From contig JAJZTG010000005.1 of assembly GCA_021849125.1 (NCBI GenBank), forward strand, positions 1 through 55,573: a DNA stretch of 55,573 nucleotides. The letters are read 5' to 3'. The notes below the pieces were generated by a model that saw only the letters and a list, made by a program, of their open reading frames with translations, searched no databases and had not been told where the DNA came from. This document shows positions 8,949 through 17,292 of this stretch, in pieces (the first letter of the stretch is position 1; every line of letters starts with the position of its first letter). Source of the DNA: a bacterium (GTDB taxonomy: Bacteria; Patescibacteriota; Minisyncoccia; Phycocordibacterales; Phycocordibacteraceae). Both the position numbers and the translations under genes were made by a program.

Positions 8949-9872
8949 ATGCATGACCTTATTATCGTGGGCGGCGGCCCCGCAGGCGTCGCAGCAGGCG
9001 TCTATGCGGCACGCAAACAGCTTAAGACCGTACTTATAAGCGAAGAGATCGGTGGCCAGTCCGTCGTCTCAGAAGGCATCGAGAACTGGATCGGTACCCC
9101 GAAGATCAGTGGTGCCGACCTCGCCAAAGCGCTCAAGGACCATCTTGAAGCGCTCAAGGGCGACATCGTAACGCTTGAGCTTGGTGAACGCGTCGCCTCA
9201 CTGGAGAAAACCGGCGACGACTTCCTCGTAAAGACGAAGTCCGGCAAGGAATTCACCGGCCGCTCCGTGCTTATCGCTTCCGGCGCAAGCCGCCGCAAGC
9301 TCGCTATCCCGGGCGCTGACAAGTTCGAGCACAAGGGTGTCACGTACTGCGCCTCCTGCGACGGCCCTGTCTTCGCTGGGCAGGATGTCGCGGTCATCGG
9401 CGGCGGCAATGCCGGCTTCGAGACCGCAGCGCAACTCCTCGCCTACGCGAAATCCGTTACGCTCATCCATCGCCACAAGGATTTCAAGGCAGACCCGGTG
9501 ACCGTCGAGAAGGTATCCGCACACCCGAACATGCGCGTTATCCGCCACGCGGAGCCGACCGCGGTTATGGGCGACCAGTTCGTCACCGGCCTCACCTATC
9601 TCGACAAGGACACGAATGAGACCAAAGAACTCCCGGTTACCGGCATCTTCGTCGAGGCGGGCGTGATGCCGAGTACCGACTTCGCTCACGGGCTTGTTGA
9701 TTTTGACCCGGTGGGCCATATCGTAACCGACCCGCGCACGCAGCGCGCAAGCATCGAAGGTATCTGGGCTGCCGGCGACTGTACCGATGAGCTCTACCAC
9801 CAGAACAACATCGCGGTCGGCGATGGTGTGAAAGCGGTCGAGGATCTCTACCTCTGGCTCAAGAAGCGCTAA
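8949..9872 (+). CDS. trxB: thioredoxin-disulfide reductase
   Basis: FAD motif IVGGGPAGVAAGVYAARK, redox CASC (YCASCDG), NADPH motif VIGGGNAGFE, GDC motif. Confidence 0.92.
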   Translation: MHDLIIVGGGPAGVAAGVYAARKQLKTVLISEEIGGQSVVSEGIENWIGTPKISGADLAKALKDHLEALKGDIVTLELGERVASLEKTGDDFLVKTKSGKEFTGRSVLIASGASRRKLAIPGADKFEHKGVTYCASCDGPVFAGQDVAVIGGGNAGFETAAQLLAYAKSVTLIHRHKDFKADPVTVEKVSAHPNMRVIRHAEPTAVMGDQFVTGLTYLDKDTNETKELPVTGIFVEAGVMPSTDFAHGLVDFDPVGHIVTDPRTQRASIEGIWAAGDCTDELYHQNNIAVGDGVKAVEDLYLWLKKR

Positions 9873-9895
9873 TCAATATCTCCGTCTGAAATGCA

Positions 9896-9927
9896 AACGG
9901 CCGGCGCATATGCGCCGGCCGTTTTTC
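9896..9927. terminator. palindromic (bidirectional) terminator after trxB
   Basis: AACGGCCGGCGCATATGCGCCGGCCGTT followed by TTTT. Confidence 0.7.
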
Positions 9928-10118
9928 TGCGGAGAGGGTGGGACCGATGATTACACCTTTTCTCCCTCGCCTCTCGTACTCGCCTTCGCTCGCACGAGGG
10001 CTGGGCACCGCCTCGCTGTCCTCGCCTGCTGGCTCGGACATGCTCCGGCGTTCGAATCCCCCACGCAAGACGCGCAGGCGTCTTGCTCCTCTCCGTAGCT
10101 TTCACTGCGTTCAATCAG

Positions 10119-10205
10119 CGGAGAGGGTGGGATTCGAACCCACGGTCCAGTTACCCGGACGCCGCATTTCGAGTGCGGTGCCTTCGACCACTCAGCCACC
10201 TCTCC
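10119..10205 (-). tRNA. tRNA-Ser (anticodon CGA)
   Basis: Reverse complement folds as GGAGAGG/TG/GCTGAGTGGTCGAAGGC/A/CCGCA-CTCGAAA-TGCGG/long variable arm/GTGGG-TTCGAAT-CCCAC/CCTCTCC/G. CCA is not encoded. Confidence 0.9.
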
Positions 10206-10774
10206 GTATGGATACCCCGTCATCCTATCATAAACAGGAAAAGATGCAGCCCGCGCCCCTTAAGGGGCGCGGGCTGCATCTTACGTAAAAGGAGCTTATG
10301 CAGCTGCCTCCTCCGTGGTCTCTGCCGGCATAGCCTCGGCCGTAGCCTCGGTGGTCTCCTCGACCGGCGTGTTCGTCATCTCGTCCATATTTTGAATATG
10401 TGTCCGGTTCTGCATTAAAAACGCAAAACCAGTCCAACACTTAAGATAAGACTGGCAAAATTCGACCTACATTTATATCTTACCACGACCCCTCCCATTT
10501 TTCAATCCTCAGCAAGACCCTGGGTATAGCGCAAAAACGCCACAAAGCCTGGCCATTTTATGAATATGCGGTAGTATCAACAGGACGGCCCTACCGTCTA
10601 ACGGCTAGGACAGCGCCCTTTCACGAGCGTAGAGAGGGGCTGAAATGCGAGGTGACGCAAGCATTTCAGGGCCGGAGGCCGACGGGCCGAGGCGGGGTCG
10701 CGCAAATTTTCAGCAGAAAATTATGCGTGACCGATCGAATCGAACCCGCTGGCGTGATTCACAACAAATAAATT

Positions 10775-10846
10775 GGCCCTATCGTCTAACGGCTAGGACA
10801 GCGCCCTTTCACGGCGTAAATCGGGGTTCGATTCCCCGTAGGGTCA
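10775..10846 (+). tRNA. tRNA-Glu (anticodon UUC)
   Basis: GGCCCTA/TC/GTCTAACGGCTAGGAC/A/GCGCC-CTTTCAC-GGCGT/AAAT/CGGGG-TTCGATT-CCCCG/TAGGGTC/A. Confidence 0.9.
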
Positions 10847-10883
10847 CATTAATCAATGCTAAGTTTCGTCGACGGACGCTCTG

Positions 10884-10892
10884 TGGTATAGT
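10884..10892 (+). promoter_or_regulatory. extended -10 box TGGTATAGT for tRNA-Val
   Basis: Located 12 nt upstream of tRNA-Val nucleotide 1. Confidence 0.5.
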
Positions 10893-10904
10893 CTCTTCAC
10901 CCTT

Positions 10905-10977
10905 GCGCGGTTAGCTCAGTTGGTAGAGCATCTCATTGACGTTGAGAGGGTCAGGGGTTCGAGTCCCTTACCGCGCA
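10905..10977 (+). tRNA. tRNA-Val (anticodon GAC)
   Basis: GCGCGGT/TA/GCTCAGTTGGTAGAGC/A/TCTCA-TTGACGT-TGAGA/GGGTC/AGGGG-TTCGAGT-CCCTT/ACCGCGC/A, followed by a hairpin and T-run. Confidence 0.92.
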
Positions 10978-11187
10978 CAAGATAAAAGGCTCTGGATGCG
11001 AAGCATCTGGGGCCTTTTATTGTGACGCGGCAAGGGACTCGAAAGGTGTAGCAAGCTGGGCCAGCAGGCGAAGCAGCGAGCCCTGGGTTGCGGAAATTCC
11101 CGAGCGACGGCGAGGGAATTATCTGTGACCGTGCCCTTACCACGCCATATGTCGAACGAGACTGCTAAATCGTGCTATAACAAAGCC

Positions 11188-11961
11188 ATGCGCCCTAAGA
11201 AATCTCCTGCGGCACGAAAAGAAAAAGTCTATATTTACGGCAAGCACGCGCTCGTCGAGGCTCTCTCGAACACCCCTGGCGTAATCCGCAAAGCCTTCCT
11301 CGCGCCCGACCTCCACGACCCTAAACTCCGCAAACTCCTCGAAGAGCACCAAATCCCCGTCTCCCCTCTTGGCGCAAGCCAGGGCAAGGAGCTTGCTGGT
11401 CGCGACGCGGTGCACCAGGGTGTCATCGCAGTCATGGATCCTTCTGCGCTTCTGGTCCCTTTTGATGAATTCATCGCGAACCTCGATTTCTCGAAGAAGC
11501 CGGCGCTCGCACTTCTGGGTGAAGTGCAGGACCCGCACAACGTGGGCGCGATCATCCGCTCGGCCGCAGCCTTCGGTATCTCGGGCGTTCTCATTCCCGA
11601 ACACAATCAGGCAGGCATCACGGGCACAGTCGTGAAAACGTCGGTCGGCATGGTCTTCCGCGTACCGCTCGTCTCGATCGGCAATGTGAACCACACGCTG
11701 AAGACGCTCAAGGAGAAGGGCTTCTGGGTCTATGGCCTCGCGATGCAGGGTTCAGCCGCGCTCGGTGCAGAAATTTTCGACACGCCGAGCGTCTTCGTCG
11801 TCGGTAACGAAGGCGCTGGTATCCGCGAGAAGACGCTCGAAGCGTGTGACGTCACGCTCTCGATCCCGATGCATCCGCGCACGGAGTCTTTGAACGCTGC
11901 GGTCTCCGCCGCCGTCGTCTTTTACGAATGGTCCACCAAACATCCTGAATCACTCGCGTAA
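11188..11961 (+). CDS. rlmB: SpoU/TrmH-family RNA 2'-O-methyltransferase (RlmB-like)
   Basis: YGKHALVEAL substrate-binding N-domain. SPOUT motifs LGEVQDPHNVGAIIRSAAAFG, VVGNEGAGIR and IPMHPRTESLNAAVSAAVVFYE. TGCTATAAC lies 6 nt before the ATG (leaderless). Confidence 0.85.
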   Translation: MRPKKSPAARKEKVYIYGKHALVEALSNTPGVIRKAFLAPDLHDPKLRKLLEEHQIPVSPLGASQGKELAGRDAVHQGVIAVMDPSALLVPFDEFIANLDFSKKPALALLGEVQDPHNVGAIIRSAAAFGISGVLIPEHNQAGITGTVVKTSVGMVFRVPLVSIGNVNHTLKTLKEKGFWVYGLAMQGSAALGAEIFDTPSVFVVGNEGAGIREKTLEACDVTLSIPMHPRTESLNAAVSAAVVFYEWSTKHPESLA

Positions 11962-12089
11962 GAGCACACTAAAAAATCCACCTGCTTCGTTGCTCATTCC
12001 GCTCCTCGCTCACCGTATGCTTGATACGATTCGCTCTGATGCTCATTCACGCCTCGCATCTGGAGCTTTTTTGCCGTACTCTTAGTCTT

Positions 12090-12953
12090 ATGGCCAACGA
12101 TCAACACCTCATCTCCCTTCCGTGGCAGGACTACGAGCTTCTCGACTCGGGCGCCAACATGAAGCTCGAGCGCTTCGGCGAGGTCGTCGTCGCACGCCCT
12201 GAAACGCAAGCCTTGTGGGCAAAGGAGCGCCCGGAGCTTTGGGAAAAGGCGCACGCGGTCTTCTCTTTCCGCGACAAGCGCGGTACGTGGGACCTGAAGA
12301 AGCCCGTACCCGACTCGTGGGAGCTCGGCTGGGGCGACGTGCGCTTCACCGCTGCGCTCACGGGCTTCAAGCACACCGGTGTCTTCCCCGAGCAAGCACC
12401 GAACTGGTCGTGGTCGGCCGAGCAGATCGCAAAGCTCGAAGCGCCGAAGGTGCTGAACCTTTTCGGCTACACCGGGGTTGCAACGTCGGTCGCCGCAAAA
12501 GCCGGCGCATTCGTAACGCATGTCGATGCCTCGAAGCAGTCGCTCGACTGGGCACACGACAACGCACGCCGCTCCGGCATCGGCGAAGACAAGGTGCGCT
12601 GGCTCCTCGACGACGCACTCTCTTTTGCGAAGCGCGAGGCGCGTCGCGGGAACCGTTACGAAGGCATCATTCTCGATCCTCCCGCCTTCGGGCGCGGCGC
12701 TAAAGGCGAAGTCTGGAAGATCGAAGAGGCGCTTCCCGAACTCCTTGCAACCCTTCGCGGACTTCTTTCAGACAAACCCGGTTCGTTTTTCCTCCTAAAC
12801 GGCTACGCCGCTGGCTACGCGTCGCGCTCGTTCGCGCAAGCGATCGAAAGCACCTTCGGCGACATGCAGGGTGAAAGCGGCGAGCTTCATATAAAGGAGT
12901 CTTCTTCCGAGCGCGTTGTCCCGGCCGGCATCTACGTGCGTTTTGTGCGCTAA
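12090..12953 (+). CDS. class I SAM-dependent RNA methyltransferase (RlmI/RlmK-like)
   Basis: LNLFGYTGVATSVAAKAG...HVDASK...LLDDA...IILDPPAFGRG are Rossmann SAM-binding and DPP motifs. Confidence 0.75.
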   Translation: MANDQHLISLPWQDYELLDSGANMKLERFGEVVVARPETQALWAKERPELWEKAHAVFSFRDKRGTWDLKKPVPDSWELGWGDVRFTAALTGFKHTGVFPEQAPNWSWSAEQIAKLEAPKVLNLFGYTGVATSVAAKAGAFVTHVDASKQSLDWAHDNARRSGIGEDKVRWLLDDALSFAKREARRGNRYEGIILDPPAFGRGAKGEVWKIEEALPELLATLRGLLSDKPGSFFLLNGYAAGYASRSFAQAIESTFGDMQGESGELHIKESSSERVVPAGIYVRFVR

Positions 12954-12963
12954 ACTGTTTCTC

Positions 12964-13833
12964 ATGCATTCCCACCACCAGCACACGGTCATCCTTTACC
13001 ACGCGAAGTGCCCCGACGGCTTCGGGGCAGCCTATGCCGCTTGGAAAAAATACGGCGACACGGCAGAGTACATCCCGGTAAAGCACGGCGGGCCGGTCCC
13101 TGAGCACATGGACGGCCGCGAGATCATCATGGTCGACTTCTGCTTCCCCAAAGAGGAGATGGAGATGCTCCGCAGCACTGCCGAATCGGTAACCGTACTC
13201 GATCACCATGAAGGCATACGGGCGGTCGCGACGAGCTTCCCAGGCGTATTCGATCCTACCCGCTCAGGAGCATCGATCGCATGGGCATACTTCCATCCGG
13301 ACACGTCGATGCCGAAACTCATCAACTATCTTGAAGACGGCGATTTGTATCACTACACACTTCCTGAGACGCGAGACATCTTCTCATTCTTGCAAGTGTA
13401 TCCCTATACATTCGAAAAATGGGATGAACTTGTCATGACTCTTGAAGATCCTAGTACAAGAGAGAAGTTTCTGACTAAAGCTCGAATCTATACTGAGTAT
13501 TTCGAACTCCTGGGTGCCGAGGCAGCCTCAGGCGCGAGACTTGTCTCTTTCGAGGGTTATCAATGCTATTTTGCGAACTCACACCCTTCAACCACGATGA
13601 AGTCATATGTGGCCCATATTTTGTACGAAAAACTCCCGCCGATCTCTATCATGGTATCCGCGCGTCCTGATGGATTTGGTGTCTCAATCCGAAGCGATGG
13701 TTCCGTAGACGTCGCAAAAATCGCTCAGAAGTACGGCGGCAACGGCCATCCAGGTGCAGCAGGATTTTTCATCCCGAACGGTAAGGAGATGCCGTGGGTC
13801 GAAATCGAAGACCATGAAGATTCTAGCCATTGA
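12964..13833 (+). CDS. DHH/DHHA1-family phosphoesterase
   Basis: YHAKCPDGFGAAY, VLDHHEG (DHH motif) and GGNGHPGAAGF (DHHA1 GGGH-type motif). Confidence 0.8.
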   Translation: MHSHHQHTVILYHAKCPDGFGAAYAAWKKYGDTAEYIPVKHGGPVPEHMDGREIIMVDFCFPKEEMEMLRSTAESVTVLDHHEGIRAVATSFPGVFDPTRSGASIAWAYFHPDTSMPKLINYLEDGDLYHYTLPETRDIFSFLQVYPYTFEKWDELVMTLEDPSTREKFLTKARIYTEYFELLGAEAASGARLVSFEGYQCYFANSHPSTTMKSYVAHILYEKLPPISIMVSARPDGFGVSIRSDGSVDVAKIAQKYGGNGHPGAAGFFIPNGKEMPWVEIEDHEDSSH

Positions 13834-15061
13834 AACCTCCTGCGACGAGACGGCAATCGCGATCGTCGAAGCAACAGGAAGCGAGCACGACGCGCAGTTC
13901 CACGTGCTCGGGAACGCGCTTCTCTCCCAGATCGAGCTCCATCGCGAGTACGGCGGCGTCTTCCCGGCACTTGCTAAACGCGAGCATGCGAAGAACCTCG
14001 TCCCCATCCTCGAAGCTGCCCTTGAGGAAGCGGAGCTCCTCCACGAAGACACGCAGGCGATGAGCGAGGAGACGCGCGATACGATTGCCGCGCTCCTTGA
14101 GCGCGAGCCGGGCCTCTCCGAAGCGTTCTTCGATTTCGTCACCGAGTGCGAAGTGCCCCAGATCGATGCAATCGCGGTGACCGTAGGACCCGGCCTCGAG
14201 CCTGCGCTCTGGGTCGGTATCAATTTTGCAAAGGCGCTCTCGCTCGCCTGGGGCAAGCCTATCGTCGCAGTGAATCACATGGAGGGACACATCATGGCAG
14301 CACTCGCCGAGACGCATGACGATTCGCTTTCTATAAAAGATGTGGCAATGCCGGTCCTCGCCCTTCTCATCTCCGGCGGGCACACCGAGCTCGTGCTCAT
14401 GAAAGAGTGGCTCAAGTATGAACTCGTAGGGCAGACGCGCGACGACGCCGTCGGCGAAGCGTTCGACAAGGTCGCGCGCATGCTTGAACTTCCGTACCCA
14501 GGCGGTCCGGAGATCTCGAGGCTTGCCGAAGCATCTAGGACACGCGGTCTCTTACATGCCGAACGCGATCAAGCAGATGTGAAAGTCGGACTTTCACATT
14601 CTCAGGAGTGTGAAAGTCCGACTTTCACATCTGATCTGAAGCTACCTCGTCCGATGCTTCACGACGCAACCTGCGACTTCTCTTTCTCGGGCCTCAAGAC
14701 CGCCGTCCTTACGCTCCTTAAGAAATATCCAGAACTCGATGCGTCGGAGCGAGAGCGCCTCGCGCAAGAGTTCGAAGATGCGGTGACCGAAGTGCTCTGG
14801 AAGAAGACGGCTCGTGCGCTCGATGAGACGGGTGCGAGCACGATCGTGCTCGGCGGTGGCGTATCCGCAAACAAGCATATCCGTCGCCTCTTCACTGATG
14901 CCGTTAGAAGCGACTACCCGCACGTGGAACTCCGCATCCCCACCTCAACGCTGACGACCGATAACGCGATAATGATCGCGCTCGCTGGTTTCTACCACGC
15001 ACTGCGCGAAGAATTCGTGACCGATATTACTGCCGACGGTAACCGTTCGCTCGCCGCATAG
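13814..15061 (+). CDS. tsaD: tRNA N6-adenosine threonylcarbamoyltransferase TsaD (carries insertions)
   Basis: MKILAIETSCDETAIAIV, VNHMEGHI, ISGGHTEL, DFSFSGLKT and GGGVSAN motifs. At 415 aa it is longer than is usual for the family, and it contains a palindromic in-frame insert (see finding). Confidence 0.9.
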   Translation: MKILAIETSCDETAIAIVEATGSEHDAQFHVLGNALLSQIELHREYGGVFPALAKREHAKNLVPILEAALEEAELLHEDTQAMSEETRDTIAALLEREPGLSEAFFDFVTECEVPQIDAIAVTVGPGLEPALWVGINFAKALSLAWGKPIVAVNHMEGHIMAALAETHDDSLSIKDVAMPVLALLISGGHTELVLMKEWLKYELVGQTRDDAVGEAFDKVARMLELPYPGGPEISRLAEASRTRGLLHAERDQADVKVGLSHSQECESPTFTSDLKLPRPMLHDATCDFSFSGLKTAVLTLLKKYPELDASERERLAQEFEDAVTEVLWKKTARALDETGASTIVLGGGVSANKHIRRLFTDAVRSDYPHVELRIPTSTLTTDNAIMIALAGFYHALREEFVTDITADGNRSLAA

Positions 15062-15100
15062 GCTCGCGAGAACCGCGTATTTGCGGTATTATTTTGCCCA

Positions 15101-17263
15101 ATGGATGAGAAATTCCTCAAGCCCTACAACCCGAACGAAACGGAGGGGCGCATCTACGAAGCCTGGGAAAAAAGCGGGCTCTTCAATCCGGACACCTGCA
15201 TCGCCGAAGGCGTCACCAAAGACGACGCTCTGACCTTCTCGATGGTCCTTCCGCCCCCGAACGTCACCGGCCGCCTCCACATGGGCCATGCGCTCATGCT
15301 CGCGATCGAAGACGCGATCATACGCTTCAAGCGCATGCGCGGATTCCGTACCCTTTGGATCCCTGGCACCGACCACGCCGCGATCGCGACCCAGTCAGTC
15401 GTCGAGAAGCAGGTAAAGAAAGAGGAGGGACTGAGCCGTCACGACCTCGGCCGCGAAGAGCTCATGAAACGTGTTCAAGCGTTTGCGGCGGAAAGTCACG
15501 ACACTATCATCGGGCAGCTGAAGACGATGGGCGCATCGCTCGACTGGAGCCGTGAAGCCTTTACGCTCGATGAGACGCGCAGCCGCGCTGTCCGCACGGT
15601 CTTCAAGAAGATGTATGACGCCGGACTCATCTACCGCGGCCTCCGCATCGTGAACTGGGATCCGAAAGGCCAGACGACCATCTCCGATGACGAGATTGTC
15701 TACGAGGAACGCACCGCCAAGCTCTACACCTTCCGCTACAGTAAAGACTTCCCTATTCCGGTCGCGACGACCCGTCCTGAGACGAAGGTGGGTGATGTCG
15801 GTGTTGCGGTTCATCCGGACGATGCACGCTACAAGGAATACGTCGGGAAAGAATACGACGTCGTCTTCTGTGACGTGCCGCTTCACATCAAGGTGGTCGC
15901 CGATAAGGATGTGGATCCGGCCTTCGGTACGGGCGCGGTCGGCATCACCCCGGCCCACAGCAAGATCGACTGGGAGATCGCCGATCGCCACGAGCTTTCG
16001 CACGAAGTCATCGTCATCAACGAGTACGCGAAGATGACCGTACCTGGACGCCTCGAGGGTAAGAAAGTTACCGAGGCGCGCGAGGAAATCGTCGAGTGGC
16101 TCAAGAGCGAAGGCTTGCTTGAGAAAGAGGAAGAGACGCCGCAGCAGGTCGCGACCGCAGAGCGCACGGGCGGCATCATCGAGCCGTTGCCGAAACTCCA
16201 GTGGTGGATCGACGTAAACAAAGAAGTGCCGGGCCGGGGCATGACCCTCAAGGAACTCATGCTCGATCCGGTGAAGACCGGCGCGATCACGTTCGTCTCC
16301 GAACATTTCGAGAAGGTCTACGTGCATTGGATCGAGAACCTGCGCGACTGGTGCATCAGCCGCCAGATCTGGTACGGCCACAGGATCCCCGTGTGGTATC
16401 GCGGTGAGGAGGCCGTCGCAGGTGAAGCGCCTGCTGGCGACTGGGCGAAAGACGGCTGGACGCAGGACGAGGACACGCTCGATACCTGGTTCTCTGCGGG
16501 CATCTGGACCTTCTCCACGCTCGGCTGGCCTGAATCGACCAAAGACCTTGCGACCTACCACCCGACCGATCTCATAGAGACCGGGTACGATATCCTCTTC
16601 TTCTGGGTCGCCCGCATGATCCTCATGACCGAGTTCACGCTCGGCCAGGTGCCGTTCAAGACCGTCTACCTCCACGGCCTCGTGAGGGACGCGCAGGGGC
16701 GCAAAATGAGCAAGTCGCTCGGCAACAACATGGATCCGCTCGATGTCGCCGCGAAGTTCGGCGCTGACGCCGCGCGCATGGCGCTCGTCGTCGGCAATAC
16801 CCCAGGTACCGACATGCGCATCAGCGAAGATAAGATCAAAGGCTATAAGCTTTTCGCGAACAAGCTCTGGAACATCTCGCGCTTCATACTTGAAAACACG
16901 CAGGGTGCTGATCTGGCGGCTCCGCTTTCCGAACAAGACCAGGCGCATCTCGCGACTCTCGATGATATCGCGAAAGATGTGACAGCCGATATCGAAGCGT
17001 ACCGCATCTATCTCGCTGCCGAGAAGCTCTACCACTACGTCTGGCACGAGCTTGCTGACAAGATCCTTGAGGAATCGAAGCCGATCATCCAGGGTGACGA
17101 TGCCGCCGCGAAAGCATCGCGCCAAGCGCTTCTCCTCACTCTTCTCGACCGTTCGCTCAAACTCCTTCACCCGTTCATGCCGTTTGTGACCGAAGAGATC
17201 TACCAGTCGATGCCGACCAAAGACGCGTCCTTCCTCATGGTCGCGAAGTGGCCGGAAGCATAG
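15101..17263 (+). CDS. valS: valine--tRNA ligase (no C-terminal coiled-coil extension visible)
   Basis: PPPNVTGRLHMGHAL (HIGH region), TRPET, KMSKSLGN. Confidence 0.93.
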   Translation: MDEKFLKPYNPNETEGRIYEAWEKSGLFNPDTCIAEGVTKDDALTFSMVLPPPNVTGRLHMGHALMLAIEDAIIRFKRMRGFRTLWIPGTDHAAIATQSVVEKQVKKEEGLSRHDLGREELMKRVQAFAAESHDTIIGQLKTMGASLDWSREAFTLDETRSRAVRTVFKKMYDAGLIYRGLRIVNWDPKGQTTISDDEIVYEERTAKLYTFRYSKDFPIPVATTRPETKVGDVGVAVHPDDARYKEYVGKEYDVVFCDVPLHIKVVADKDVDPAFGTGAVGITPAHSKIDWEIADRHELSHEVIVINEYAKMTVPGRLEGKKVTEAREEIVEWLKSEGLLEKEEETPQQVATAERTGGIIEPLPKLQWWIDVNKEVPGRGMTLKELMLDPVKTGAITFVSEHFEKVYVHWIENLRDWCISRQIWYGHRIPVWYRGEEAVAGEAPAGDWAKDGWTQDEDTLDTWFSAGIWTFSTLGWPESTKDLATYHPTDLIETGYDILFFWVARMILMTEFTLGQVPFKTVYLHGLVRDAQGRKMSKSLGNNMDPLDVAAKFGADAARMALVVGNTPGTDMRISEDKIKGYKLFANKLWNISRFILENTQGADLAAPLSEQDQAHLATLDDIAKDVTADIEAYRIYLAAEKLYHYVWHELADKILEESKPIIQGDDAAAKASRQALLLTLLDRSLKLLHPFMPFVTEEIYQSMPTKDASFLMVAKWPEA

Positions 17264-17292
17264 CCTCATAAGAGGCCTGTTACAATACAAGC

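Noticed and set aside
9938-10440. ORFs 9938..10288 +, 9951..10223 -, 10083..10418 + and 10228..10440 -, plus 38665..39332 - at the tRNA-Ile locus
   Set aside because: They run across tRNA genes, tRNA-derived modules and terminator hairpins. There is no coding signal.
11020-11150. Structured-looking about 125-nt intergenic stretch after tRNA-Val containing GAAGCAGC, considered as SRP (4.5S) RNA
   Set aside because: I could not build the single long hairpin with a GNRA-capped helix 8 and the conserved symmetric and asymmetric loops. It folds at best into two separate hairpins, and its 3' part overlaps the rlmB promoter region. An Rfam scan (RF00169) would settle it.
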